Virus record (IMG/VR): IMGVR_UViG_3300024358_000010
Reading direction: 5' to 3' (one strand)
From: a virus
Length of the DNA: 64,000 nucleotides
Shown here: positions 47,384 to 56,434 of the stretch, piece after piece
Layout of the letters: each line of letters begins with the position of its first letter
Position numbering within the stretch: the first letter of the stretch is position 1
Made by a program: the position numbers and the translations under genes
The notes under the pieces: generated by a model
Database searches by the model: none
What the model saw: the letters and a program-made list of their open reading frames with translations, nothing else
Told to the model about the DNA's origin: nothing

Positions 47384-47833
47384 TTATTCTTTAACTATCG
47401 ACCACTGGCCATTCTTCTCGAGTTTTAACTTTTCTTTAACCACGGGGACAAGATGAAAGCCAGCGCCTTCTAATCTTTTTACCCCGCCGTGCTTGACGTT
47501 AATCTCTTCCATGCTCACCGGCTTATCGGTGATCCGGTAGCCGTTTTGAACGATGTGGTAGTGGTAAGATTCACCCTCAGATTTCGTGGTGAAAGCGAGA
47601 GGATTAGATGACGCTTTGACCTGCAGGGTTGCCTGTCCCATAGCAAAATCTTTTGCATCTGGGGTTTTGACCTGCTGCGCAACCTTGATAGGGTTCTTTT
47701 TGGACTTCGGCGCCAAGGACGGAGCTTTCGGGGGTTTTGGCGGCTCAATGGACGGCATCCTCAGGCTTGGCATCAAGTTGGCCTTCAGCAGATCTTTGAT
47801 ATCATTTAGTTTTTTAACAAAACTTTCCATCAT
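47384..47833 (-). CDS. Basic Pro-rich protein with head-type LLKA leader and C-terminal NGQW motif
   Basis: KLNDIKDLLKA at the start; EKLKLEKNGQWSIVKE at the end. Confidence 0.6.
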   Translation of the reverse strand: MMESFVKKLNDIKDLLKANLMPSLRMPSIEPPKPPKAPSLAPKSKKNPIKVAQQVKTPDAKDFAMGQATLQVKASSNPLAFTTKSEGESYHYHIVQNGYRITDKPVSMEEINVKHGGVKRLEGAGFHLVPVVKEKLKLEKNGQWSIVKE

Positions 47834-49584
47834 GAAACTACTGATACGCCGTTCTTCTTGGTGACTGTAATGGACTGATCAAATAAAGCTTTTGCTTCGG
47901 ACGCATGGTCTATTACTACTATACACCGTTTTACAGCCATCTCACGTAAGAAGTCGATAACCCTGGTGCGATTAGAGGCGTCTAGGTGATCAAAAGGTTC
48001 ATCTAATATCAACGGGTTAAGTTGCGCCCCCGTGTATCTGGCCACGACATCTGCTATGGCGAAATCTATGGCCAAAGATAAACATCTCCTTTCGCCACCA
48101 GATAGCGAACCTACTGGCCGTTTGACACCGTCTACCGTAAGCGAATCAGACATCTTAGATGTTACCGTGCCAGACTTATTCTCCTTGAAGGAGAGAAGTT
48201 CGTAAGACGAGTTTGGCCAGACAAACTGGACAATTTCTTGAATCTTATCGTTGAGCGCCTGGATAACAGAGTCCATAACATAAGCTGGTGCACCGGTTGG
48301 TGAAAGTATTGCAGATGCGGCCTCAAGACGAACAATCTCATCTATAATCGAATCTAAATTTGACTTATTTTCAGATAGTTGATCTTGTAACTGTTTGATT
48401 TTGATTAATAAATCACTTTGCTGATCGCGCGTTTTAAGCAGATTTTTGTGCTCTATTTCTTTCTCCCTGCGGAAAGCTTTTAACTCCAACAGGCGAGATT
48501 GGGCGGTCTCATAGTCAAACATGGATTCGCGCATCTTGTTTTTAAGAGCAGAAATGGCATCTAATACGGATCTCTCTTTTGAGACCTCTGTCTCCAAGGC
48601 GATTATTGATGATGTTAGGGCGTCGATCTTGGCGGACATCGATTCGCGGTGCGCTTTTATCTTGAGAGCGAAAGATTGCCTATCGTGCTTGACAAAGCCA
48701 GATGGCAGAATATTTAATTCAGTTGAGCAATTTGGGCACTCGCCATCGCACGAGTCTTCCGGTTCTTTAGTATTCTTCAGCTCAGACAGTTGTTGTCGAT
48801 AAGCTTTCAGTTTGCCATTATTAAGCGATATGTCTCTGAGTTTAGAATTTAATTTTTCTATTAATTCAGATAGTTTATCTGTGTCGTCTGGCGGTTGTAT
48901 GTTAGACAGTTTTTGTATCTTGACGTCGACGTCGCCGATGGCTCGTTCAAGAGCAGATATCTCTTTGTGGAGAGATTTTGAATCGACAAGCGAATCTTGA
49001 TAAGCAGATAACTTACCCGCAAAAGTAGATATCGTGCTTGAGATGGTTGCTTTATCTGACAGCAACCGTTTCATATCTAGTTCGATCTTTTTTCTTGATT
49101 CAGCAAAACCATCAGCTCGCATAAGCTTCAGGATGAGGTCCTTCCTACCGGAGTCATTAAGATCGATAAACCTTATCCCAAGCCCTTGGGCAAAGTACTG
49201 AGCCAGTATGAACTGATCATAGTCCAACGGGATCAGTCTTTCATATTCAGACTCAGTAATCTCAACGTCGTTGACAGCAGCATAGAAGGATTTCGGACGG
49301 TTGCGCTCAACTCTGAGAATTCGGTTTGCTGAGAGTTCAATGTCCACTGTAACTTTAGTAGTTCTAGCGTTCTGACGAACAAAATCAGTGATAGACACTC
49401 CGCGGGGATATTGTCCGTAGAGCCCCCACGATAAGGCATGAAATATTGCCGATTTACCGGCCCCATTGGCCGATTCTGTGTCATAGTTCCACCCATCAAC
49501 TAACAAAAGACCAGTTTCTGAAAATGAGACAGATGCGCTCTCTATCGAGAGAACGTTCTCGATGGTCACTGATTTAATATACAT
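47830..49584 (-). CDS. sbcC: SbcC/Rad50-like ATPase
   Basis: NGAGKS Walker A, CPNC zinc hook, LSGGE signature, LILDEPFD, VIDH. Confidence 0.85.
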   Translation of the reverse strand: MYIKSVTIENVLSIESASVSFSETGLLLVDGWNYDTESANGAGKSAIFHALSWGLYGQYPRGVSITDFVRQNARTTKVTVDIELSANRILRVERNRPKSFYAAVNDVEITESEYERLIPLDYDQFILAQYFAQGLGIRFIDLNDSGRKDLILKLMRADGFAESRKKIELDMKRLLSDKATISSTISTFAGKLSAYQDSLVDSKSLHKEISALERAIGDVDVKIQKLSNIQPPDDTDKLSELIEKLNSKLRDISLNNGKLKAYRQQLSELKNTKEPEDSCDGECPNCSTELNILPSGFVKHDRQSFALKIKAHRESMSAKIDALTSSIIALETEVSKERSVLDAISALKNKMRESMFDYETAQSRLLELKAFRREKEIEHKNLLKTRDQQSDLLIKIKQLQDQLSENKSNLDSIIDEIVRLEAASAILSPTGAPAYVMDSVIQALNDKIQEIVQFVWPNSSYELLSFKENKSGTVTSKMSDSLTVDGVKRPVGSLSGGERRCLSLAIDFAIADVVARYTGAQLNPLILDEPFDHLDASNRTRVIDFLREMAVKRCIVVIDHASEAKALFDQSITVTKKNGVSVVS

Positions 49585-49586
49585 TG

Positions 49587-49937
49587 CTACCTCTTATGCG
49601 GAGGTTTTGTGTGTACTTGAAGTTTACCCTGTTCATCAACATACATCCAGCCCTCTTGGAGGGAGTGCTCAACTGGATACTCCGTTACTAAACGAGGGAC
49701 TTCGACACTCCAGAAATGCTCAGATCTTCTGGCGTCCAGGATTTCTTTATTATCTGGCGGCAGATGCACACCGGTGTAAGAGTCTACAAGCTCTTTAACT
49801 GTAGACTGCTCTACCGTTAGAGGAATTTGACGGTTCATGGTGCTGTTGCAGGCGGAACAGATTAAAGAAAAGGTAGATGCCGAGGTGTACTTGATAACCT
49901 CGGCGCCGCAGCTGCATATAAACCGATACTTCGGCAT
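49587..49937 (-). CDS. FmdB-like zinc-ribbon protein
   Basis: MPKYRFICSCG...CSACNSTMNR. Confidence 0.6.
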   Translation of the reverse strand: MPKYRFICSCGAEVIKYTSASTFSLICSACNSTMNRQIPLTVEQSTVKELVDSYTGVHLPPDNKEILDARRSEHFWSVEVPRLVTEYPVEHSLQEGWMYVDEQGKLQVHTKPPHKR

Positions 49938-50689
49938 CAGAATCTAACCCCTACAGATAATCCCATCGCATCATAAGATGTACCCTTGAAATCTAATATC
50001 GAGCCGGCGTAAAGCGGACCGTAGAAGTCATATTCAGCCGTTACAAAATTATTAAAATTTGTCTTCTTACCCACGCCCAGACTAAACTTACGAGGATTCA
50101 TGGACACCGTCGTGTTCTTCTGCTGCTCTTCTTTAAGTTTTTCTTGGGTCTGAGAAAGTTCAAGGGTAAGTTTCTGTTTCTCAGTCTCATGAACCGAGTT
50201 AATCTCGGTTAGACGGACTTCAAACTCTTTTTGAAGAAGCTCTTTTGTTTCTTTTAGTTTTTGCTCTGCTTCGAGTTTAACTTGGGTGACTTTTTGAGAC
50301 TCTTTCTCAACTGTCTCGCGGGAGACAATTTTCTTCTCTACGCGGCCATCTGGATAAGATGTAATAATCGTTACTTTTTCAGTAGATTTTTTGAGAGAAG
50401 TATTTTCAGAAACAAGTGAATCAATTTTTTGTCTGTACTCAAATTCAAGTGCCAACCTTTCTTGCTTAAGGTTAGTAATCTCTTCCTGCTGCTTGGATTT
50501 GAGTTGCTGAAACTCACTTTCTTTCTCTGAAATCTTTTTCTCATAAGATTCAGTAATCTCTTTCTCTCTTTTGAGATATTCCTCTTTAGAGGAGGAGTAG
50601 GACGGGAGAACGAGAAAGGTGATCGCCGCACCAGCGGCAAAAACCATAACATATTTACCTGCTTGAGTATTTAAAAATTTGGCAATCAT
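49937..50689 (-). CDS. Membrane-anchored coiled-coil protein with C-terminal beta-strands ending in Phe
   Basis: N-terminal hydrophobic helix, ~170-aa coiled-coil, C-terminus ...MGLSVGVRF. Confidence 0.6.
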   Translation of the reverse strand: MIAKFLNTQAGKYVMVFAAGAAITFLVLPSYSSSKEEYLKREKEITESYEKKISEKESEFQQLKSKQQEEITNLKQERLALEFEYRQKIDSLVSENTSLKKSTEKVTIITSYPDGRVEKKIVSRETVEKESQKVTQVKLEAEQKLKETKELLQKEFEVRLTEINSVHETEKQKLTLELSQTQEKLKEEQQKNTTVSMNPRKFSLGVGKKTNFNNFVTAEYDFYGPLYAGSILDFKGTSYDAMGLSVGVRF

Positions 50690-52392
50690 TCTTGTCCTGC
50701 CTCGTTCATCATGTCTTTAAGAGCAGCTTTGCTGAGTTCCATTTGAGTTTCAAGGTTGTAATCGCGAGGCGCAACAACGATACCGCCAAGAGTTACCATG
50801 AGAGACGCAACAGAGATCGCGTTGCCGATAGCTACACGATGAACTTTAGCAGGCTCAACGATGCCGGCTTCAAATGGATTCATAAAATCGTGTCTCTCGG
50901 CGTCAAAGATAACACGAGGAATACCATTGCTATCGATGGATGATTTGATTGTCTCTTTAATGTCTGTTGTTCTATCGTCTTCGCCGCAGTTAAACAACAA
51001 CACTTCAAATGGTCTTTCAAGCGCGATAGCGAGTATGTGCCACGCAGGATCAAGACCCGCGACAGCACGAATACGCTGAGATAGTGCTAGGTGAGTAGCT
51101 GCACCACCTGCAACGATACCCTCTGCGACGGCCGATCTGACCGCCTCAACCGCGTCTTGCACGCGATCTCTTCTCTCCCTAACTTCAGCATCCGTCATGC
51201 CGCCAACCCACACGGTAGAGATACCACCAGTAAGCTTAGCGATAGCAGCTCTAAGATGTGCCCGATCATGCTCAGAATGAGCAGATGCCATTACCGCTTT
51301 AAGCTCAGCTACGCGGGTGTCGATAAGATCAGCGTCCGATTCGCTCTGAACAAATGTCTCATACGTGTTGATCTTAGCCGACGTGAATGATCCAAAATCT
51401 TCGCCAGTAAAACTAGGGGCACTTGCCGGATCCATGACGGTGGCACCGGTGTAAGCAGCCATATCCTGCAAGAACATGGTCTTTGAGTTGGCCAGGGTAG
51501 ATTTAGGCACTTTCACGGGAAGAACCGTAACTCCGCCCTTGGAAGTCTTCAGAAACTTCTCAATCACAGGATCGGCGAATCCGTGTGCCATCACCAAAAT
51601 AGGCTTTCCAAAGTATGCCTCATCGGATTCAAAGGCTGCCTGGATAGCAGCAGGAAGCACAAGGTCGTTTAGTGTACCGTCGAACAAAACTACCAGTCCA
51701 GCATCCATGCGAACCTGCTGATTAGCGCGGTCGTTAATAAACGCAGATCCAATAGCGCCAATATCTCGCAGACCAGACGTGACGATATAACCGTCTACCG
51801 TTTCAACTCTCATCCCTCCGCCTTGATCTTCTTGAATCAAGATGTGACCATCTTCACCGGCAGCCATGAAAGCTTTAACAACTACGCTGGCAACGTCTTC
51901 GTCCCCGTTAGCTGAGATGAGCGCGACCCTTTTAAGATCCTCGTCAGATTTAACTTCCTGCGCAACCTCTTTGAGGTACGGAAGGACTACGGTTTCATAG
52001 CACTTACGGATCTGATTTACCAATCTTTGCGGGTTGTATCGTTTGTTGTTGGCCATGAAATCTGAGCCAACTTTAACGAGTGCGTCAGCTAACACGATGG
52101 CTGTGGTAGTTCCGTCACCGGCGTCGCGAGCGGTATTGAGGGAGATTTCCTTGCATGTATCAAGCACGGTATTTGCAGCAGCGTTAGGAAGACCTAACGA
52201 TTTAATCACCGTGACGCCGTCTTTGGTCAGGAGCGGCGGCATTCCTTCTCGTTCAATTAAGGTTACTGCACCACCTGGGCCAAGGGTTCGACCAGCAACA
52301 GCAGCCATCCTAGAAAGAGTAGAGGTAACAATCTCTCTAAGTTCTTGAGGATTATCGACGATATCTTTAGTCTTAGACTTAACGTACATCAT
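50686..52392 (-). CDS. groL: GroEL-like chaperonin
   Basis: TLGPGG, TKDGVTV, AGDGTTTA, ISANGD, EGIVAGG. Confidence 0.92.
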   Translation of the reverse strand: MMYVKSKTKDIVDNPQELREIVTSTLSRMAAVAGRTLGPGGAVTLIEREGMPPLLTKDGVTVIKSLGLPNAAANTVLDTCKEISLNTARDAGDGTTTAIVLADALVKVGSDFMANNKRYNPQRLVNQIRKCYETVVLPYLKEVAQEVKSDEDLKRVALISANGDEDVASVVVKAFMAAGEDGHILIQEDQGGGMRVETVDGYIVTSGLRDIGAIGSAFINDRANQQVRMDAGLVVLFDGTLNDLVLPAAIQAAFESDEAYFGKPILVMAHGFADPVIEKFLKTSKGGVTVLPVKVPKSTLANSKTMFLQDMAAYTGATVMDPASAPSFTGEDFGSFTSAKINTYETFVQSESDADLIDTRVAELKAVMASAHSEHDRAHLRAAIAKLTGGISTVWVGGMTDAEVRERRDRVQDAVEAVRSAVAEGIVAGGAATHLALSQRIRAVAGLDPAWHILAIALERPFEVLLFNCGEDDRTTDIKETIKSSIDSNGIPRVIFDAERHDFMNPFEAGIVEPAKVHRVAIGNAISVASLMVTLGGIVVAPRDYNLETQMELSKAALKDMMNEAGQE

Positions 52393-53096
52393 GCCAAAGC
52401 ATCCTTCTTGCGATGATCTTCGATTACCTTTTTATACTGGGAGATCTTTCTCTGATCTGTCTCAAAACCAGTCAATGAATGCCCTAATTTCAAGCAAGCT
52501 TTTAGAGAAGCTGAATTGCCCATAAAAGGATCGAACACTGAACTGCCAGGAAGACAGGAAGCCATCCTCAAAAGAAGTTCGGCTAGATCGTCAGAATATG
52601 CCTCGTCCAGAGATCCTGTTTCAACTAGCCACGTATTACCGATGCAGGGAGCTGAATCCTCGAGCATCAGATACTTTTTGACTGGCTGACGATCGATCTT
52701 CCAGACATCGCCGTTACAGAAGAACAGCACGTACTCATGGGAGTTAACGAGCATATTTTCAGCTCTTTTACCTGGCAGCCAGGTCTTCTCAATGACGATG
52801 TTGTCGACGTGGTTAAAGCCCGCGTCCATCATGGTCTTCGCAACTTCAAACGGTCTAAATTTAGCTTCAGTGGGAGCGTAACACACTAAAAACACAAGAC
52901 CATTCTGAGCCATGGATGACTTAAGTTTTTCAGCGAAGTTCTTCATAAACGTCTCTGAGTAACCGTCGCGCTTGCGAATTGGAACGCGCGTGATGCACAC
53001 CTCAACATTTTGAGGCCACACAGCGTCGCGGTCAAAAAGCTCATTTTGATTTATCTTCACGGACGTGCCGAAAACTGAATGTAGATTGTTTGGCAT
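52389..53096 (-). CDS. N6/N4 DNA methyltransferase-like protein with degenerate motifs
   Basis: HEYVLFF and VFDPFMG present; no (D/N/S)PPY motif (TRVPI instead). Confidence 0.6.
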   Translation of the reverse strand: MPNNLHSVFGTSVKINQNELFDRDAVWPQNVEVCITRVPIRKRDGYSETFMKNFAEKLKSSMAQNGLVFLVCYAPTEAKFRPFEVAKTMMDAGFNHVDNIVIEKTWLPGKRAENMLVNSHEYVLFFCNGDVWKIDRQPVKKYLMLEDSAPCIGNTWLVETGSLDEAYSDDLAELLLRMASCLPGSSVFDPFMGNSASLKACLKLGHSLTGFETDQRKISQYKKVIEDHRKKDALA

Positions 53097-53119
53097 AGTT
53101 TCTCTCCAGCTTGTATGGT

Positions 53120-53611
53120 TTATACCAGAGAGGACCCAGAAGAACCAAATCCACCAGCGCCGCGAGACGTATTCTCATCTAGTTGATCTACCAGTTCAAG
53201 CTCATAATCGCTAGAGTAAGGATGCAGAATCATCTGCGCAATCTTCTGGCCTTTTTTAAAGTGCAGAGTTTCTCCGGCCAGAAGAATATTGCGCTGAAAA
53301 CCATCGACCCAGGTAGTGTGGGGCGTATGGTTGAGATTCGTCATCACGACGTGAATTATTCCGCGATATCCTTGGTCGATTATCCCGGCATAAACTAGAA
53401 GCCCTTTTGATCCGTTACCGGACTTGGAAGTAATCTCGGCGTATGTTGACTCTGGCAGTTGAAGTCTGACATTGATAGCGTGCTTTGCGATCTGCCCCGG
53501 GTGGATGGAGAAATCGTGCGTAGCAAATAAATCAAATCCTGCGTCGGATTTGTGGGCTTTAACTGGCATCTGGCCGTTTTCTTCTAGTTTAACTTTAACG
53601 GTTTTGCTCAT
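53120..53611 (-). CDS. dut: dUTPase
   Basis: AGFDL, KSG, GIIDQGYRG, IAQM, RGAGGFGSSG. Confidence 0.92.
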   Translation of the reverse strand: MSKTVKVKLEENGQMPVKAHKSDAGFDLFATHDFSIHPGQIAKHAINVRLQLPESTYAEITSKSGNGSKGLLVYAGIIDQGYRGIIHVVMTNLNHTPHTTWVDGFQRNILLAGETLHFKKGQKIAQMILHPYSSDYELELVDQLDENTSRGAGGFGSSGSSLV

Positions 53612-53639
53612 ATTAAACTCCTTTTTAGATTAAAAAGGC

Positions 53640-53840
53640 CTTTTCTCAACTTGCCGAGGTTGCTCCTCGGTAACGAAGAGTCACGTTCTTACCGCGGAGA
53701 CCTGTATATACAGAATGTTTTAAAAGCCTACGTGACACAGTAGCTTTTTCACTGTACTTTCCCTAACAGGTCAGGGCACACCATCCACATGATTATTCAG
53801 GAAGCGGCGGTGCCAACGCTCCCGCCCTTTCGGGCAGGCG
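53640..53840 (-). ncRNA. Candidate structured RNA / leader between helicase and dUTPase
   Basis: 229-nt gap with several stems, including GAAA- and GCAA-capped hairpins; no known family recognised. Confidence 0.4.
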
Positions 53841-55232
53841 TTATTGTACCTTCACGTTGTGCGTGATTTCTTTATAGTAAGAGATGCGTTGATTTGCGTG
53901 TCGCGTCAACATGGTTGAAGACGCAGGAATATAATCGAGCACTATACATTTGTCTTTGGTTTCTGTCTTTCTAAGTCCTCTTCCCACTGCTTGTAGGACA
54001 GCAGACTTACTCGCCGTAAAGTTAGCAAGAAGCAGAACCTCAACGCTTCTGGTGTCGACTCCCTCACCGACAAGGCCGTCAGTCGCGACGAGTCCACGAA
54101 TTTTGCCGTCGTTGAATTCATCAATCAGCTTCTCAGAACCTTTATCTCTTCCGTTGGCGAAAGCGATTCCAATAGCTGATGATATCATGTCGCCATGCTC
54201 TATCTGATCGACAAGGATCAAAGTATTTTTGTTAGCAGAAATAAACGCTTTTGCGTCTGAAATTATGCGATCGTTCATCTCTTTTGAATTTAAAACGTGA
54301 GCTCTGTAGGCCTTTAACTTATCGTCTTTAAAGTCATAACCAGTTGTATTTACTGATCTAACAATAAAATATGGCTGCGATAACCAACCGTTAGACACAC
54401 CCCACGCAACGTCGCGCTCTACTAGAATATCGCCGCACGATGCATGGATAAACAGATCTTTTCCGTCTGACCTAAAGGCGGTCGCCGTGAGGCCGTAAAT
54501 CCGGCCCACGGCTCCTAGTCCTTCGGCAATAGCGTAGAAGGTATTTGCGGGTGTGTGGTGGGTCTCGTCGAAGATTATGACCCCAAGCTCGAGCTTCTTA
54601 AGGTCTTCTATTCGGTTTGATACTGAGGCGGCTATGCCTACGGTGACTGCAGAAGGTTTATACTTGCCATCTCCGACAAACCCAACTTTACCAGGTCCAA
54701 AGGAGTTTGAAAGCTCCTTATAAAACTGGTAAGCAATAGATTTGCTAGGACAAACGACGAGAGTTTTGCGCTTTAGTTGACGTATGAGATATATAGCAGT
54801 TTTTGATTTACCGAGTCCAGTCGCTAAGTTAATGATTCCGCGATAGTTTTTAGCGGCAATTTCTACTGCTTCTTCTTGATACGGTCTAAGCGTAAAAGAG
54901 CTGGAGGAAGAAGCCCAAGGTAGGGCGATAGTAGGACCGGTATCTTTGCGGTGATCCGTAACATTATCAACTAGAGAAGTTACTAAAGAAGCAAAACCCG
55001 ACGGAACGATTAGAGATTGTCCGTCTTTTGAGCAGAGTGTGCCTTCAGATTCCGCCTCTAACTGCTTTAGAAGCGGCGAGTTAGCTTGAAACGGATTCTT
55101 GCGCATCCTGCGGATCTGGTACTGTTTTGACTTATCCACGTACGAAAGTTGGCGTTTTATTTCCGATTCGATCGATGGATCGATATGATCGATGCGGATA
55201 ATATCATTATAGATGTGAGCAACCATTTTCAT
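53841..55232 (-). CDS. SF2 DExH helicase (UvsW/XPB-like)
   Basis: LRPYQ, ATGLGKS, DETH, LTAT, GEGVD, QAVGRGLR. Confidence 0.88.
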   Translation of the reverse strand: MKMVAHIYNDIIRIDHIDPSIESEIKRQLSYVDKSKQYQIRRMRKNPFQANSPLLKQLEAESEGTLCSKDGQSLIVPSGFASLVTSLVDNVTDHRKDTGPTIALPWASSSSSFTLRPYQEEAVEIAAKNYRGIINLATGLGKSKTAIYLIRQLKRKTLVVCPSKSIAYQFYKELSNSFGPGKVGFVGDGKYKPSAVTVGIAASVSNRIEDLKKLELGVIIFDETHHTPANTFYAIAEGLGAVGRIYGLTATAFRSDGKDLFIHASCGDILVERDVAWGVSNGWLSQPYFIVRSVNTTGYDFKDDKLKAYRAHVLNSKEMNDRIISDAKAFISANKNTLILVDQIEHGDMISSAIGIAFANGRDKGSEKLIDEFNDGKIRGLVATDGLVGEGVDTRSVEVLLLANFTASKSAVLQAVGRGLRKTETKDKCIVLDYIPASSTMLTRHANQRISYYKEITHNVKVQ

Positions 55233-55283
55233 ATTGATTTTCGTATAATTTGATAAACCCATACGTGTTGGAAGGGATTTTAC

Positions 55284-55562
55284 ATGAACAGAGATATTTC
55301 TGAAATCAATAAGTTTATTGAAGAGAAACAAGCCGCCCGCAAGAAGCCTATCGAAACTGAGATGTACTGGTGGTTAAACATGAATCGCCATTTTTACATC
55401 GGCGACGAATACAAGATCGTTCTTGAAAAGATTGACTCGGGAAACAAGTCAGTAAGAATTAAGGTCATCAACCTTAAAACAAACAAAGAGCAAGAACAAT
55501 CTCAACCAGACCTCAGTTTGCAAGAACTTATTGTGCTCCATAATTCTTCTGACGGAGAGTGA
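55284..55562 (+). CDS. Hypothetical protein
   Basis: First gene of the plus-strand block; CGTATAAT at ~55242. Confidence 0.6.
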   Translation: MNRDISEINKFIEEKQAARKKPIETEMYWWLNMNRHFYIGDEYKIVLEKIDSGNKSVRIKVINLKTNKEQEQSQPDLSLQELIVLHNSSDGE

Positions 55563-55563
55563 T

Positions 55564-56433
55564 ATGGAACTCAATTCTAAAAAATGCCTCATTTGCAAGG
55601 GCGGCAAGAAAAACGATTGCATTTACGCGCACAGAGATGCCGATACGGGTGAGATATGGTTCTGGTGTGCAGGTAAATGTCAAAGAGCATACTCACTTTA
55701 TGAGTACTGCTTTTTGGCGGGTATATCGCTTCGTGATTTTTTAAAATCAAATATCTCGTTTGAAGAAGCTAGACCTTTAGAAGTAAACGCCATGGCATGG
55801 CCAAGATCGTTTCATCCGCTATCCGACCCGATCTCTAAGCCGGCTTTAGCGTACCTAAAATCTAGGGGATTAGAGAATCCGGGCGAGATGTACTATGATT
55901 CCTCTCGTGAGGGGATCGTATTTCCCTATTATCTCAACAACACGTTTGTCGGCGCACAGATTCGGTTTATCGAGCCTCGACTTGACGAGGACGGAAGTCC
56001 GTGGAAGATTACCACGATGCCGGGTACAAGACTTGGATATCTATTCTGGGGCTGGTCTCAGCAGCCTTTTGGAACTAACGTTAAATATATAGTGGTCGCA
56101 GAAGGTGCCATAAACGCAGCAAGCCTACAGCAGGCATTCAACATAAAATACGGTAACCTTCTAAAGAACCCATACCGGTGCATCTCGACATCTGGTGCCA
56201 GCATAACTAAATACCACGCTGAAAAGCTCAGAGAGCTTATTGATTCTGGTCTTAAAGTAATCTCCGCCTTTGATAATGATGAGGCAGGGATAAAGGCATT
56301 CGAGAGGATGGCTAAAGAAGGTGCATGTACGCACTACTCCTTCGTTGAAGAGGACGGCAAGGACTGGAACGACATCCTGAAAGCGGGCGAAGACCCTGCT
56401 TCTAGGTTGCTTAAGAGACTTAAGAAAGCGTGA
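55564..56433 (+). CDS. dnaG: DNA primase (zinc-binding domain plus TOPRIM)
   Basis: CLIC...C...C, YLKSRG, VAEG, FDNDEAG, KDWND. Confidence 0.8.
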   Translation: MELNSKKCLICKGGKKNDCIYAHRDADTGEIWFWCAGKCQRAYSLYEYCFLAGISLRDFLKSNISFEEARPLEVNAMAWPRSFHPLSDPISKPALAYLKSRGLENPGEMYYDSSREGIVFPYYLNNTFVGAQIRFIEPRLDEDGSPWKITTMPGTRLGYLFWGWSQQPFGTNVKYIVVAEGAINAASLQQAFNIKYGNLLKNPYRCISTSGASITKYHAEKLRELIDSGLKVISAFDNDEAGIKAFERMAKEGACTHYSFVEEDGKDWNDILKAGEDPASRLLKRLKKA

Positions 56434-56434
56434 G

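Noticed and set aside
53760-53815. SRP-like caggtc...ggaagc on the plus strand
   Set aside because: Spacing and pairing do not fit the SRP domain IV helix; GNRA loops point to the opposite strand.
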